Both the position numbers and the translations under genes were made by a program. From a virus (Duplodnaviria > Caudoviricetes), in the IMG/VR virus record IMGVR_UViG_3300044670_001884, positions 1 to 33,732 of that record: a stretch of 33,732 nt of DNA; one strand, 5' to 3'. Below are positions 22,890 to 31,399 of this stretch, piece after piece (the stretch's first letter is position 1; each line of letters starts with the position of its first letter). The notes below the pieces were generated by a model. The model made no database searches, had not been told where the DNA came from, and worked only from the letters and a program-made list of their open reading frames with translations.

Positions 22890-25800
22890 TTACTGATCTC
22901 CAAAGTGTTTTTGCGTGTAGGTAATGATTAGGTTTTTAATTTTGTCCAACGACCACTCGAGCGAGTGTTCGTGTGGCAGTTTTTTGTGAAGAGTACGACT
23001 TACGGTTTCGGCTTGCTGGTCTGTCGGCTCGCTTTTTTTGGCGTCCCATCTGTTCATGACTTTTACGACGTCCTTCGTGCATCCACACGATTGGAAGAAC
23101 AATGGGTAATCCTTGGCAAACGCATCGCCCAACGGCAACGAACTTTCTACTTGTTTCGGGACGTCCCCACCGAGCCGGGCATTGCTAAAACCGCTGCCCG
23201 CTACGATCTGTGTTTTACTTGCTTCTAAATACGCTCGCAAATTTTCCTCTGCGGTTTGGCCGCCTTGCGCCCCGCAGCACGTAACCGTCGCTGAAACTAC
23301 GTTCCAATTTCCGAACTGTGATGGTCGATTGGGCAATACGCCGCAACCGCCTTGGTTTCCGTAAGTGTCGTTACAAAACGTATTGCTTCCGCCCAGATTG
23401 GTCGGCAACGTAATGCCCCCGAAGCTCGCTGGGGACCAAGCAAAACTCACTTCGCCGTTTACGCTCGGGCACGAACCGACTGCCGTGTTTACAGACATAG
23501 TAGCCGTCGCAGTAGCTTGCACCGATGCGCCAGTTCCTACGTTTCTCCACGTGGCTTCAACGCTCCACGTGCAATTTTCACCCCCTGTTATCACGACTGT
23601 AGCCAAGTCGATTCTAACGGTATCGTTGTTATCGTTCGTACCTGTCATGTCGGCGATAGTTAGCTCTACTCCGTACGCATCGCAGTCGCCGCTGCTGTAC
23701 TGGCAATCATCGCACGTAATACAATTACTCGGAGGGTCGGGAGTAGTCGCACACGGGTAGCTTACCGTTGTCGGGTCTCCCGGTGCTGGCGTTTGCGTCG
23801 GTGCTTCACCTGTGCAATCGCAGTTAGGCAAATCCTGCGGGCAAGTTTCGGTTTGGTTCCAGTAGCCTGTGTTTTCGTCGTAAACCCACGTACAGTTGTA
23901 GTCACTACACTCGGTGCAGATACAAATATCAATACACTGAGTTTCCCCCTGCACGTAATTACAAACGCTAATTGTGTCCTTGTATAAGCAGAGCTCATTG
24001 CCCGATGTTCCGGCTGACGTAACGACGTCAATTTGCTGTAAGACGGGATTCCACGTATACGCTGTTGGTAGAAAATCGCAAGGGAATCCGTAGTGCTGTT
24101 GCTGCGTAAATGTTAAACCGCAATTACCGGCTGCCGTTGCCTGCGTGACTGAAGTTAATTGGATTGGTTCGCCGAGCATCGCCGATTCGGTAGCAAAAAG
24201 CATATACAGATGACGGCCCGGGTCGAAAGACCCAACGTATTGCGTGCCTGCTTCTTTGCATACTGTCGATAACGCAAAAACAATTTTTGGTCGACATGTG
24301 TCGGTATACGAGTTACCAAATGCTGCTGGGTTCGTTCCTTCCCAATAATCGTTTAACGCAAAGTAATCGCCCTGTGCGCTGCCTTGACCCTGAAAATCCG
24401 CGCCCGTTGCGCTGTCGAGCAATTCAACAAGGATGTATCTCGCTATCTCGCCTTCTGGATCGCCGTAGTAGCTTTTCAGAACTTCAGCAATTACCCAACG
24501 AACGTCGCTTTGTGCTTCATTGTGCGGTGCGAGCGGTGAAGTTGCTCGAGTAGTGTTTTTTCTCGACCATCGTTCAAGAATGACACGCTCGCCGGAGTCC
24601 AGCGTAAGTGCGTAGGGATTCTCTGCGTCGACTGCCCAACAATTACCCTCTTCTGTAGTAGCGTCGCGTGCCTCCATCGGAAAGTCGCGATTGGGCGATT
24701 CCGATAAGTAAAAATCATCGAGCGTAAATGAGATTGGGTACGTTTCACCCGGCATAGAAGGAGCGGCTTTGATGCAGCCATTTAGCCCCATTGCCACTGT
24801 GCCCTCTATTCTGTTTACGCTTTGCGTGCAAGTTTCCGCTTCCCAACGGTTTTCTCCCGGCGGATTGTTGCAGCCGGTAGCCGGAGTACGGTAATGAGCC
24901 GTTCCGACCGATCCACCAAGTCCCGGCGGTGTAACCCCGGAACCTGTTAGGCAGTTTGTTATGTTTTGATCTGCTTCAAATACTGCGTCAGGGAATAGGT
25001 TAAACGGATCGTATACAGTTATTGGGCTGCCGCACGTGATAGGCTGGTCTGCGTCGTCTAGGATGTTTTCGCAATTTCTAAATTGCAGAACGTAAGCCGA
25101 CCATTGCCCAGACTGAATTGACCCGACTGCGTTTATAAGCCGAAACTGTATCCACGGTGCTCCCGAGCCACCCGGCGGCCCTGCCTCACCCTGCACGACG
25201 TACCAACCATCGTTTGACTGAAAGTACACCGACAACACTGAACCGGCTGGTATGGCTTGTCCGGCTGGTGCTACTAGGTTTACCGTAATCTGCTGCGGAT
25301 TGCCGTCGTAGGGAGTCTCTGATTTGTTCGGAGAAATGTTCCCCTGCCCCGATGACGCCCCTTGCTGGATCCCGCCGCTTCCGAGCGTGACTCTCGCGAG
25401 CTCTTGATTGTGACGGTATAGAGTCTGTGTCTGACTGATATTTACCTGTGGGATAACGCCAATCGGTACAGACTTGTGCGTGGTTGCGATACTCGGGTTG
25501 TCTCCGTCGTATCCGACCTTGATGTAGGTGTAGTCCGTGTACGGGCTCCGCATCAAAGACTGCGACGAATTAGAAGGAACTCCCGCGTGAGTTACGCAAA
25601 ACTGTTTTTGCTGCCACGATCTGTTTTCTTCCGATAGCGAGGTACACAACGCATCGAATCTTTGCTCGCTTCCGCTGTCTAAGTTGCCGCCGAGATACTC
25701 TAAATAGAACGTCGAGATTGTGTGAAATTTTGGTGTATCACCGCTGGCGTTCCCCGAAGTGCCGTCCTTTTTTTCCCACGAATTGTTGTCGTAATAGTCG

Positions 25801-26738
25801 TACAGTTTCCTCGCGTCGAAGCGATATTCTTGTGCTGTTGGTGCGACTGGATTGCCACCTGCTTCGCCGAGAATAATTGGAAATCCTGCGGCTCGCATCG
25901 AAGTGACTGCCGTATCAAAGTCCTGATCGGCGTTTGAGCGTGCATAAATAAGAATCTGATTTGCTACCGGATCGAACGCTATTCTTCGTCCGGTCGAAAA
26001 CGCGATATGATCGAGCGCGTAAGCTATAGATTGCTGTGTTGAGAAATACCCGGGGTCTGGGTAGAGAAACGTCGTATCGACCTCGCCGAAAGCTGTCACT
26101 TGTGTATCAACGTCGGATACTAACGCTGTTGCTACCTGTGCCCACGTTTTATTGGTGCTGCTCTTAACGTCAAGCGTCTCTGGGTCGAATGGAGTATGCA
26201 GTAGCCTGTATCTTGCATCGACTACTGGGCATAACCACAACTGACGCGGCTCGCCGGATCCTTCCGTCGTCACGTCAAGCTGTATCGGTGTTAATAAATC
26301 TACTGGGAACTGAGCGTTGCCACCATTCGGGCCCGTCATTTCAAGCGTTACGAGACTGGCTTGTGCCTGATCCGCTGGCGGCAATCCTCCCGTTCCATCC
26401 CACGACACACCCCAAGCTGTGTCGATCAACGCTCCGATATGTTCATGCGAAACTAAAAACAGACCACGGCCAAAACGCGAAGCGCCGTTTGGGTGCAGGT
26501 AGCAATTTATTCCACACTCCGGCAAGTCGGTAAAGTTCGGTGGACCCGCTATCACACCTGTCGAGTGATTTACAATCGCCTCGTAATTAAACTCTGGGTC
26601 CGTCGCCCAAGGAAGCTCGCTATTCTTCAGGCGGCGTGAAAGGTAATTGGCTACCTGCCCGTCAATATCGAGCACGATAGGAATATTACCGGCGGTTTCC
26701 CCCGATCCGGTTTGGAACTGTATGTTTACATCGGCCAT
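22890..26738 (-). CDS. Large tail tip/baseplate-like protein with a Cys-rich C-terminal half (~1282 aa from ATG 26738)
   Basis: Long ORF in the tail block; ATG 2 nt after the upstream stop; G/T/S/N/C-rich distal half. Function inferred from position and composition. Confidence 0.6.
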   Translation of the reverse strand: MADVNIQFQTGSGETAGNIPIVLDIDGQVANYLSRRLKNSELPWATDPEFNYEAIVNHSTGVIAGPPNFTDLPECGINCYLHPNGASRFGRGLFLVSHEHIGALIDTAWGVSWDGTGGLPPADQAQASLVTLEMTGPNGGNAQFPVDLLTPIQLDVTTEGSGEPRQLWLCPVVDARYRLLHTPFDPETLDVKSSTNKTWAQVATALVSDVDTQVTAFGEVDTTFLYPDPGYFSTQQSIAYALDHIAFSTGRRIAFDPVANQILIYARSNADQDFDTAVTSMRAAGFPIILGEAGGNPVAPTAQEYRFDARKLYDYYDNNSWEKKDGTSGNASGDTPKFHTISTFYLEYLGGNLDSGSEQRFDALCTSLSEENRSWQQKQFCVTHAGVPSNSSQSLMRSPYTDYTYIKVGYDGDNPSIATTHKSVPIGVIPQVNISQTQTLYRHNQELARVTLGSGGIQQGASSGQGNISPNKSETPYDGNPQQITVNLVAPAGQAIPAGSVLSVYFQSNDGWYVVQGEAGPPGGSGAPWIQFRLINAVGSIQSGQWSAYVLQFRNCENILDDADQPITCGSPITVYDPFNLFPDAVFEADQNITNCLTGSGVTPPGLGGSVGTAHYRTPATGCNNPPGENRWEAETCTQSVNRIEGTVAMGLNGCIKAAPSMPGETYPISFTLDDFYLSESPNRDFPMEARDATTEEGNCWAVDAENPYALTLDSGERVILERWSRKNTTRATSPLAPHNEAQSDVRWVIAEVLKSYYGDPEGEIARYILVELLDSATGADFQGQGSAQGDYFALNDYWEGTNPAAFGNSYTDTCRPKIVFALSTVCKEAGTQYVGSFDPGRHLYMLFATESAMLGEPIQLTSVTQATAAGNCGLTFTQQQHYGFPCDFLPTAYTWNPVLQQIDVVTSAGTSGNELCLYKDTISVCNYVQGETQCIDICICTECSDYNCTWVYDENTGYWNQTETCPQDLPNCDCTGEAPTQTPAPGDPTTVSYPCATTPDPPSNCITCDDCQYSSGDCDAYGVELTIADMTGTNDNNDTVRIDLATVVITGGENCTWSVEATWRNVGTGASVQATATATMSVNTAVGSCPSVNGEVSFAWSPASFGGITLPTNLGGSNTFCNDTYGNQGGCGVLPNRPSQFGNWNVVSATVTCCGAQGGQTAEENLRAYLEASKTQIVAGSGFSNARLGGDVPKQVESSLPLGDAFAKDYPLFFQSCGCTKDVVKVMNRWDAKKSEPTDQQAETVSRTLHKKLPHEHSLEWSLDKIKNLIITYTQKHFGDQ

Positions 26739-26740
26739 TT

Positions 26741-27280
26741 TTAGATTTCCAAGATGCCCCAATCAAACGGCGTATTAAACGTCATGCTTAACCCCATCAT
26801 TTGCGTCTGTCCGATTTGCGTAAAGCCCGGTGGGTCTGCGACTCGGATGGATAATTGCTCGCGTAGCAAAATCCGGGTTAATGCGGTTGCGTCGTCGGTA
26901 ATTGAAAGGTCGAAGTCGCCGTGCAACAACGCTCGTAGTATTTGCCACTTTCGCTCGAGCAATCCGTCGGACTGAGATAGCAACGCTTTGCTCGCTGTTC
27001 TCGGTGCGTCGCGGACCTGCCTCACCATTGGCGTAACAACGGTCGTTGCGTTTTCTGTCAGAGTGGTGTAGCCGCCGCCTGCGAACGTGGCTTCGACAAA
27101 CGCTCCGCCTCCCGGTGCGATTGTGCAGCACTCGCGACCAATCGGGAAATCTGGTGGAATCGGTTGGTCGAGAATAAAGCAATTAGCTTCTGTGTAAGCT
27201 GGTACTTTTTCGATTAGCCGGTCGCGCATAGTCGTCAAGACTTCCATCTGCGTCGTAAAGCGTCGTACGATATTAGCCAT
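26741..27280 (-). CDS. Tail terminator/completion-like protein (179 aa)
   Basis: N-terminal helix (VLTTMRDRLIEKV), alpha/beta core and a terminal beta strand (LSMTFNTPFDW) fit the size and layout of the lambda gpU-type class; TAATG coupling. Confidence 0.45.
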   Translation of the reverse strand: MANIVRRFTTQMEVLTTMRDRLIEKVPAYTEANCFILDQPIPPDFPIGRECCTIAPGGGAFVEATFAGGGYTTLTENATTVVTPMVRQVRDAPRTASKALLSQSDGLLERKWQILRALLHGDFDLSITDDATALTRILLREQLSIRVADPPGFTQIGQTQMMGLSMTFNTPFDWGILEI

Positions 27281-29271
27281 TACGTCGTACCTTTCACGTT
27301 ATTTATCATCCGGTTTTGACTATCCACAATGTCGGACCAATTTACTTCGACCTGCTTGGCGTCGGTTTTGTCGAATGGCAGAGCTCCCGGGTTAAGAATT
27401 GCGTCGGCTGGGATCTTTTTCGTTGCCCCGTAAACCAAGCTAACTCCGATTCCCATAATTTTTGATCGACCGTCCGACGTTATTTCTGCGGGACGCATCA
27501 CAACCTTTCGGTCCAGTAGCTTGAACGTTACTCCGTTTTCGTCCTCGATTTCGTCGTTAAATTGCGGGATCACTGGGTAACGACCGAAGCGAGTTGCTTC
27601 GATTTCGTAGAACAACCGCGTGATGCCGTCGTTCATCGAGAGCACAACCGCTCCGTCTGCTGGCTCCTGACTATTCGCTGAGTAGCCACTGAGGGGCAAG
27701 TGCATTTTGCCGAGTGCAGTCTCCCACGTTGTTACAAACGAATATTCGGTGTACGGGTACTGGTATACGTTGTACTTGTCGTTATTTATTGCGTTTCCGG
27801 GGCTGTCCGGCTTGAGCCATTCTGGTTGATCGCCTTCAAGCGACGGTAGTCGCTGAATTGGATAGCGGTCGGTGTATGCTTCTTTGTTCGATGTTTCAGG
27901 TCGGTAAACGTATGGCTGCTGCCCCTTTCCGATCATTCCGTGCCAACCCGTGCACGACGATTGCAGGTAGTTCTGCAACAATCCCTGTGGGCTGTCGCCG
28001 TCGTAGGGCAACGGTGTTGTCCACGTTTTCGCGTCGTAATCTGGGTATCCGGCGGCGATCTTTTCCCCTTGCAAATTACCGGATGGCCCACCCATCATTG
28101 ATTCAATCCGCATCGCAAGCCAAGTGTATTGCGACGTCGTGTACCGCACGGTTGCTCTTAACGTAACCTCGGGCTGGTCGACCTGATCGACTAACGCGAG
28201 CTCCTGTATGATCGACGAATACTGCTGGTCGTTGCTCGATTGCTGCCGTAAATCAACGAGTCGAAGCGATAAAACTTTGCCTGCTGCTGCGATTAACCCT
28301 CGTTTGTCGACGTCCATATCGCCACGCAATTTCACGACGATATTGGCGACTTGGTTCGCTCCCATCATTGTCGTCGACTCTGTGTGCTGGCAACTCCAAT
28401 CTATCGCTGGGGCTGGTGGCGCCGCGTACGCTTGCTCGTCGACGATAGCGTAACGCATTAACGTGCCTTGCTCATCGCTTGCATAATTTTGCGAGACTCT
28501 CTTGTATCCTTTGAGCAATGGCGGCAGAAGTAGCATCCGGTGAAGCTGCACGAAGTTACGATTCCACGTTCGGATTTCACCCTCTATCGTTCGGGTTGTT
28601 TTCCAATTCGAGTCTTTCGCTTCCGTCATTCTCCACGTGTTTGAAACGATGACATTTTCGTGGTCCCGGTGTAGCCAGTCGTCATCTTCATATTCGCTTG
28701 GCTTCCCAACTTCTGCGTTAGGGTCGTTGCAATTAGTAACCGCGATTTTGAATGTGGCCGAGATTCGGATTGCTTTTCCGCCCCATATTTGCTCGCAAGC
28801 AACGTCGAGCACGTGCGGACCCGCCTCTTGGTCAAGATAATTTTCACGATCTAATTGTGTGGTCGGGTTGCCCGGATCGTCGGGCATCGTATCAGACCCT
28901 CCGTATGTCTCCTGTCCGGTGGCGATTAAAGCTGGCAATCGTCCCGTTGCATTGATCCCATTAAAGTTTTGCGCACCGAAGATAAGGTAAAAATCTCCCC
29001 TTGGGTGGATTAAACGTTTTCGCAACTGCTCATACGTACCGACGTTCCCGTAGAAATAATCTGGACCCGGCACGTACGCAAAATGGTTCTCGTCGTATTG
29101 CGAGCCAATGCCTGCGTCCTGCTGCGCGGCCTCAACTAGCGTACATTCGACGGTAATCACGAAACTATCGTATCGTGGATTGGTTCTCGATTCGTCGTAA
29201 ACCTGCTCCTGCTGGAACCGCTTTACAACGCAATCCTTCAATGCGACGCCGTTGTAATAAACAATAATCAC
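27280..29271 (-). CDS. Putative distal tail/hub structural protein (663 aa)
   Basis: Follows the tape-measure-like gene with a GTGA overlap; beta-rich pattern; no specific family recognised. Confidence 0.5.
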   Translation of the reverse strand: MIIVYYNGVALKDCVVKRFQQEQVYDESRTNPRYDSFVITVECTLVEAAQQDAGIGSQYDENHFAYVPGPDYFYGNVGTYEQLRKRLIHPRGDFYLIFGAQNFNGINATGRLPALIATGQETYGGSDTMPDDPGNPTTQLDRENYLDQEAGPHVLDVACEQIWGGKAIRISATFKIAVTNCNDPNAEVGKPSEYEDDDWLHRDHENVIVSNTWRMTEAKDSNWKTTRTIEGEIRTWNRNFVQLHRMLLLPPLLKGYKRVSQNYASDEQGTLMRYAIVDEQAYAAPPAPAIDWSCQHTESTTMMGANQVANIVVKLRGDMDVDKRGLIAAAGKVLSLRLVDLRQQSSNDQQYSSIIQELALVDQVDQPEVTLRATVRYTTSQYTWLAMRIESMMGGPSGNLQGEKIAAGYPDYDAKTWTTPLPYDGDSPQGLLQNYLQSSCTGWHGMIGKGQQPYVYRPETSNKEAYTDRYPIQRLPSLEGDQPEWLKPDSPGNAINNDKYNVYQYPYTEYSFVTTWETALGKMHLPLSGYSANSQEPADGAVVLSMNDGITRLFYEIEATRFGRYPVIPQFNDEIEDENGVTFKLLDRKVVMRPAEITSDGRSKIMGIGVSLVYGATKKIPADAILNPGALPFDKTDAKQVEVNWSDIVDSQNRMINNVKGTT

Positions 29272-30149
29272 GGGCCAAATATCCTTCTACGATCTGCGTC
29301 ACTCATTAGCGGCTTATTGCCGACATTGAAATACGAAGTGCCTTTGCCGTCGAACTTCCCATCTGAAACGTCACTAAGAAACCCGATGGCTCCGAGCGGG
29401 CTGTCGGCGGCTTGGTTTTTCTTCGCCCCGGGCAGCCAAGAGGCAATTTCTTCGATACCGAGTGCCATACCCTTCAGATATGGGAATACGTATTGAACCA
29501 GACCGTTACGCATTTCACTGACCGACGCGGCTAAATCGAGAGCGGCTCCCTGAAGCGGCGACTGTATTTCGTTCATCATGTCGCGATATTCGTTTTGTGC
29601 CTCCGAGAGCCTGCGATACTGCGGGCCCATTATCTCGCCCTGATTGATCTGGCGATTTATCTGGTCTGCCTCGGCCTGAGCGACGGCTTCCGCAATCGTC
29701 GCGTTATACATTGCGAGCCCGGCGTTCGCTTTTAACGCGGCGTTCGACAATCCGTTTAATGCTGCGTTTGCCGCCCCGATTCCGACCGTGACGCTTTGAA
29801 ACGCCCCGGCTGCCATCCCCACGTTTCTCCCGAGACTCTCCGCCGTAGAGCGTCCCGGCTGACCGCTCCGATTCGTGATGTCTGTCATCACGTCGGACCC
29901 GGTTGGATTTATGTTTTCGTTATCGTCGAATCGTTCCGTTTCGTTCGTGTTTTCTCCCGTCGGTCGTGGCTCTCTCGGCTGCGAGCTCCCTTCGGTGTTT
30001 ACCGACGTGAGTATTTCCGTTGTAGTTTCCGGCTGGGTTCGAGGCTCGCCGTTACGCGGATCGTACTGCGGCTCCGGCTGTCGCGGCTGCCGAGATTGCT
30101 GCATTATGTCGTCGATTGTTGACGATTGATTGTTTGCCTCGTTTGTCAT
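29268..30149 (-). CDS. Short tape-measure-like protein (293 aa)
   Basis: Directly after the frameshift pair; Ala/Gly-rich amphipathic helices (VGMAAGAFQSVTVGIGAANAALNGLS...) preceded by a ~100-aa disordered N-terminus. Confidence 0.5.
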   Translation of the reverse strand: MTNEANNQSSTIDDIMQQSRQPRQPEPQYDPRNGEPRTQPETTTEILTSVNTEGSSQPREPRPTGENTNETERFDDNENINPTGSDVMTDITNRSGQPGRSTAESLGRNVGMAAGAFQSVTVGIGAANAALNGLSNAALKANAGLAMYNATIAEAVAQAEADQINRQINQGEIMGPQYRRLSEAQNEYRDMMNEIQSPLQGAALDLAASVSEMRNGLVQYVFPYLKGMALGIEEIASWLPGAKKNQAADSPLGAIGFLSDVSDGKFDGKGTSYFNVGNKPLMSDADRRRIFGP

Positions 30150-30425
30150 CGTTTTGCCGCTTCCCTGTTCATCTGCGATCTGTGCCTTTCGTATTGGCTA
30201 ATCGCTTCGTCGCGTGTGTCAGTATTCGCGAAAAACCACCCTTTTCCCTGCCCCCCACTCACCGCTGTAAGAGCTCCGAGCCTTACGATTTCTGCTTGCC
30301 TAAGCCTGCTTCGGGTGCTATTTAACCACAAACTGAACGCTAGGTCGTAGCGTTTTCTGATTAGATGACATAGGTCGCCTGCTCCGTACGTAGCGGCTAG
30401 GTCCGAAAACATTACGTTTTTTTTT
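30146..30425 (-). CDS. Post-frameshift (gpT-like) portion of the tail assembly chaperone
   Basis: -1 frame (KKNVMFSDLAATYG...) is open from the A9 run to the stop overlapping the next ATG; no convincing start or RBS of its own. Confidence 0.6.
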
Positions 30426-30756
30426 GAAGCCGAAAGCACCACAAGTCAAACGCATCGACTAATCCAATGAGCTCCGCGATTGTCATACCGTTTCCCGTGC
30501 TTTCATCGAGACGCTGTATTCCGAACGCTCGAGACGCCGCATTGGCAACAATTTCCATAGAAACTGGATCATTCTGCAACGCTTCATCAAGGTGTCGTGG
30601 CAGATAGTCGGGATCGGTTTTCAATGCCATCGCTATTTGCATCGGATCCGCGTGGCGGGTTCCCTGATGCGTTTCGTAGCTGAATATGCACCGCTGCAAG
30701 TGTTCCCGACGTGCTCTTCGCTCGAGCCTTCTTTTTCGCCACCGCTGAAAAAACAT
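30412..30756 (-). CDS. Tail assembly chaperone (gpG-like, 114 aa from ATG 30756)
   Basis: Small helical ORF ending QKKT* on a slippery run upstream of the tape-measure-like gene; TAATATG coupling. Confidence 0.6.
   Translation of the reverse strand: MFFQRWRKRRLERRARREHLQRCIFSYETHQGTRHADPMQIAMALKTDPDYLPRHLDEALQNDPVSMEIVANAASRAFGIQRLDESTGNGMTIAELIGLVDAFDLWCFRLQKKT
30417..30425 (-). other. -1 frameshift slippery site (A9)
   Basis: CTT CAA AAA AAA ACG TAA in frame 0; TCA AAA AAA AAC GTA in the -1 frame. Confidence 0.7.
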
Positions 30757-30757
30757 A

Positions 30758-31390
30758 TTAGCCCCCTGTGTAAGTTGGATTTGCAAGAGCAACGAGCTCG
30801 CTTAAAAATATCTCTGACTGGTCCGGCATCGCGGCTTTGAGGCTCGCGAGAATTTGCCCGTGGTGCTCAACTTGAATCATGTAATCGCCGCTACCCCGGG
30901 TAAACGCTACGGCCCGGTAAAGGTCGATTTCAGCGTACCCGTCAAGCGTATCTACCTCGTTACCTGTAACCGACGGGTCGATATTGTTATTGACGATGCT
31001 ATTTGCTTCGACGAGCGTGCATTTAACCTTCGCTTCATCGACTGCTTCGCCGTTGAGAGCAACTTGTATTTTGAGCCGAATCATGTCGGCGGCTGGTGGT
31101 GTAGGTATCACGTTTGTAACTAAGCTCCCTGTGAACTCTGTGCCCAATGAACCGAAAGTAACGCCGTTTTGCACCTGTGGCTGTGTTGGCAACGTTAGGT
31201 TTCCCGTCGTGAAGCCGACTGCAATACCGACTCGAACGTCGTTTGGTGACGGCACCGTACCCGCTGACGGCGTAGCTGTACCTGCAAGCAAGTTGATCGC
31301 GTCGCCGTATTGGGGTGCCGTGTTAAGCACGTCCGACTCCGATGGATACAACGCTCCGAAAAACGTCGCGAAGCTATTACGTAATGCCAT
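30758..31390 (-). CDS. Virion structural protein (210 aa) with two P...V..G...G...TG.L repeats and a beta-rich C-terminal domain
   Basis: VPSPNDVRVGIAVGFTTGNL / LPTQPQVQNGVTFGSLGTEFTGSL; AGGA RBS. Confidence 0.55.
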   Translation of the reverse strand: MALRNSFATFFGALYPSESDVLNTAPQYGDAINLLAGTATPSAGTVPSPNDVRVGIAVGFTTGNLTLPTQPQVQNGVTFGSLGTEFTGSLVTNVIPTPPAADMIRLKIQVALNGEAVDEAKVKCTLVEANSIVNNNIDPSVTGNEVDTLDGYAEIDLYRAVAFTRGSGDYMIQVEHHGQILASLKAAMPDQSEIFLSELVALANPTYTGG

Positions 31391-31399
31391 TATGACGTC

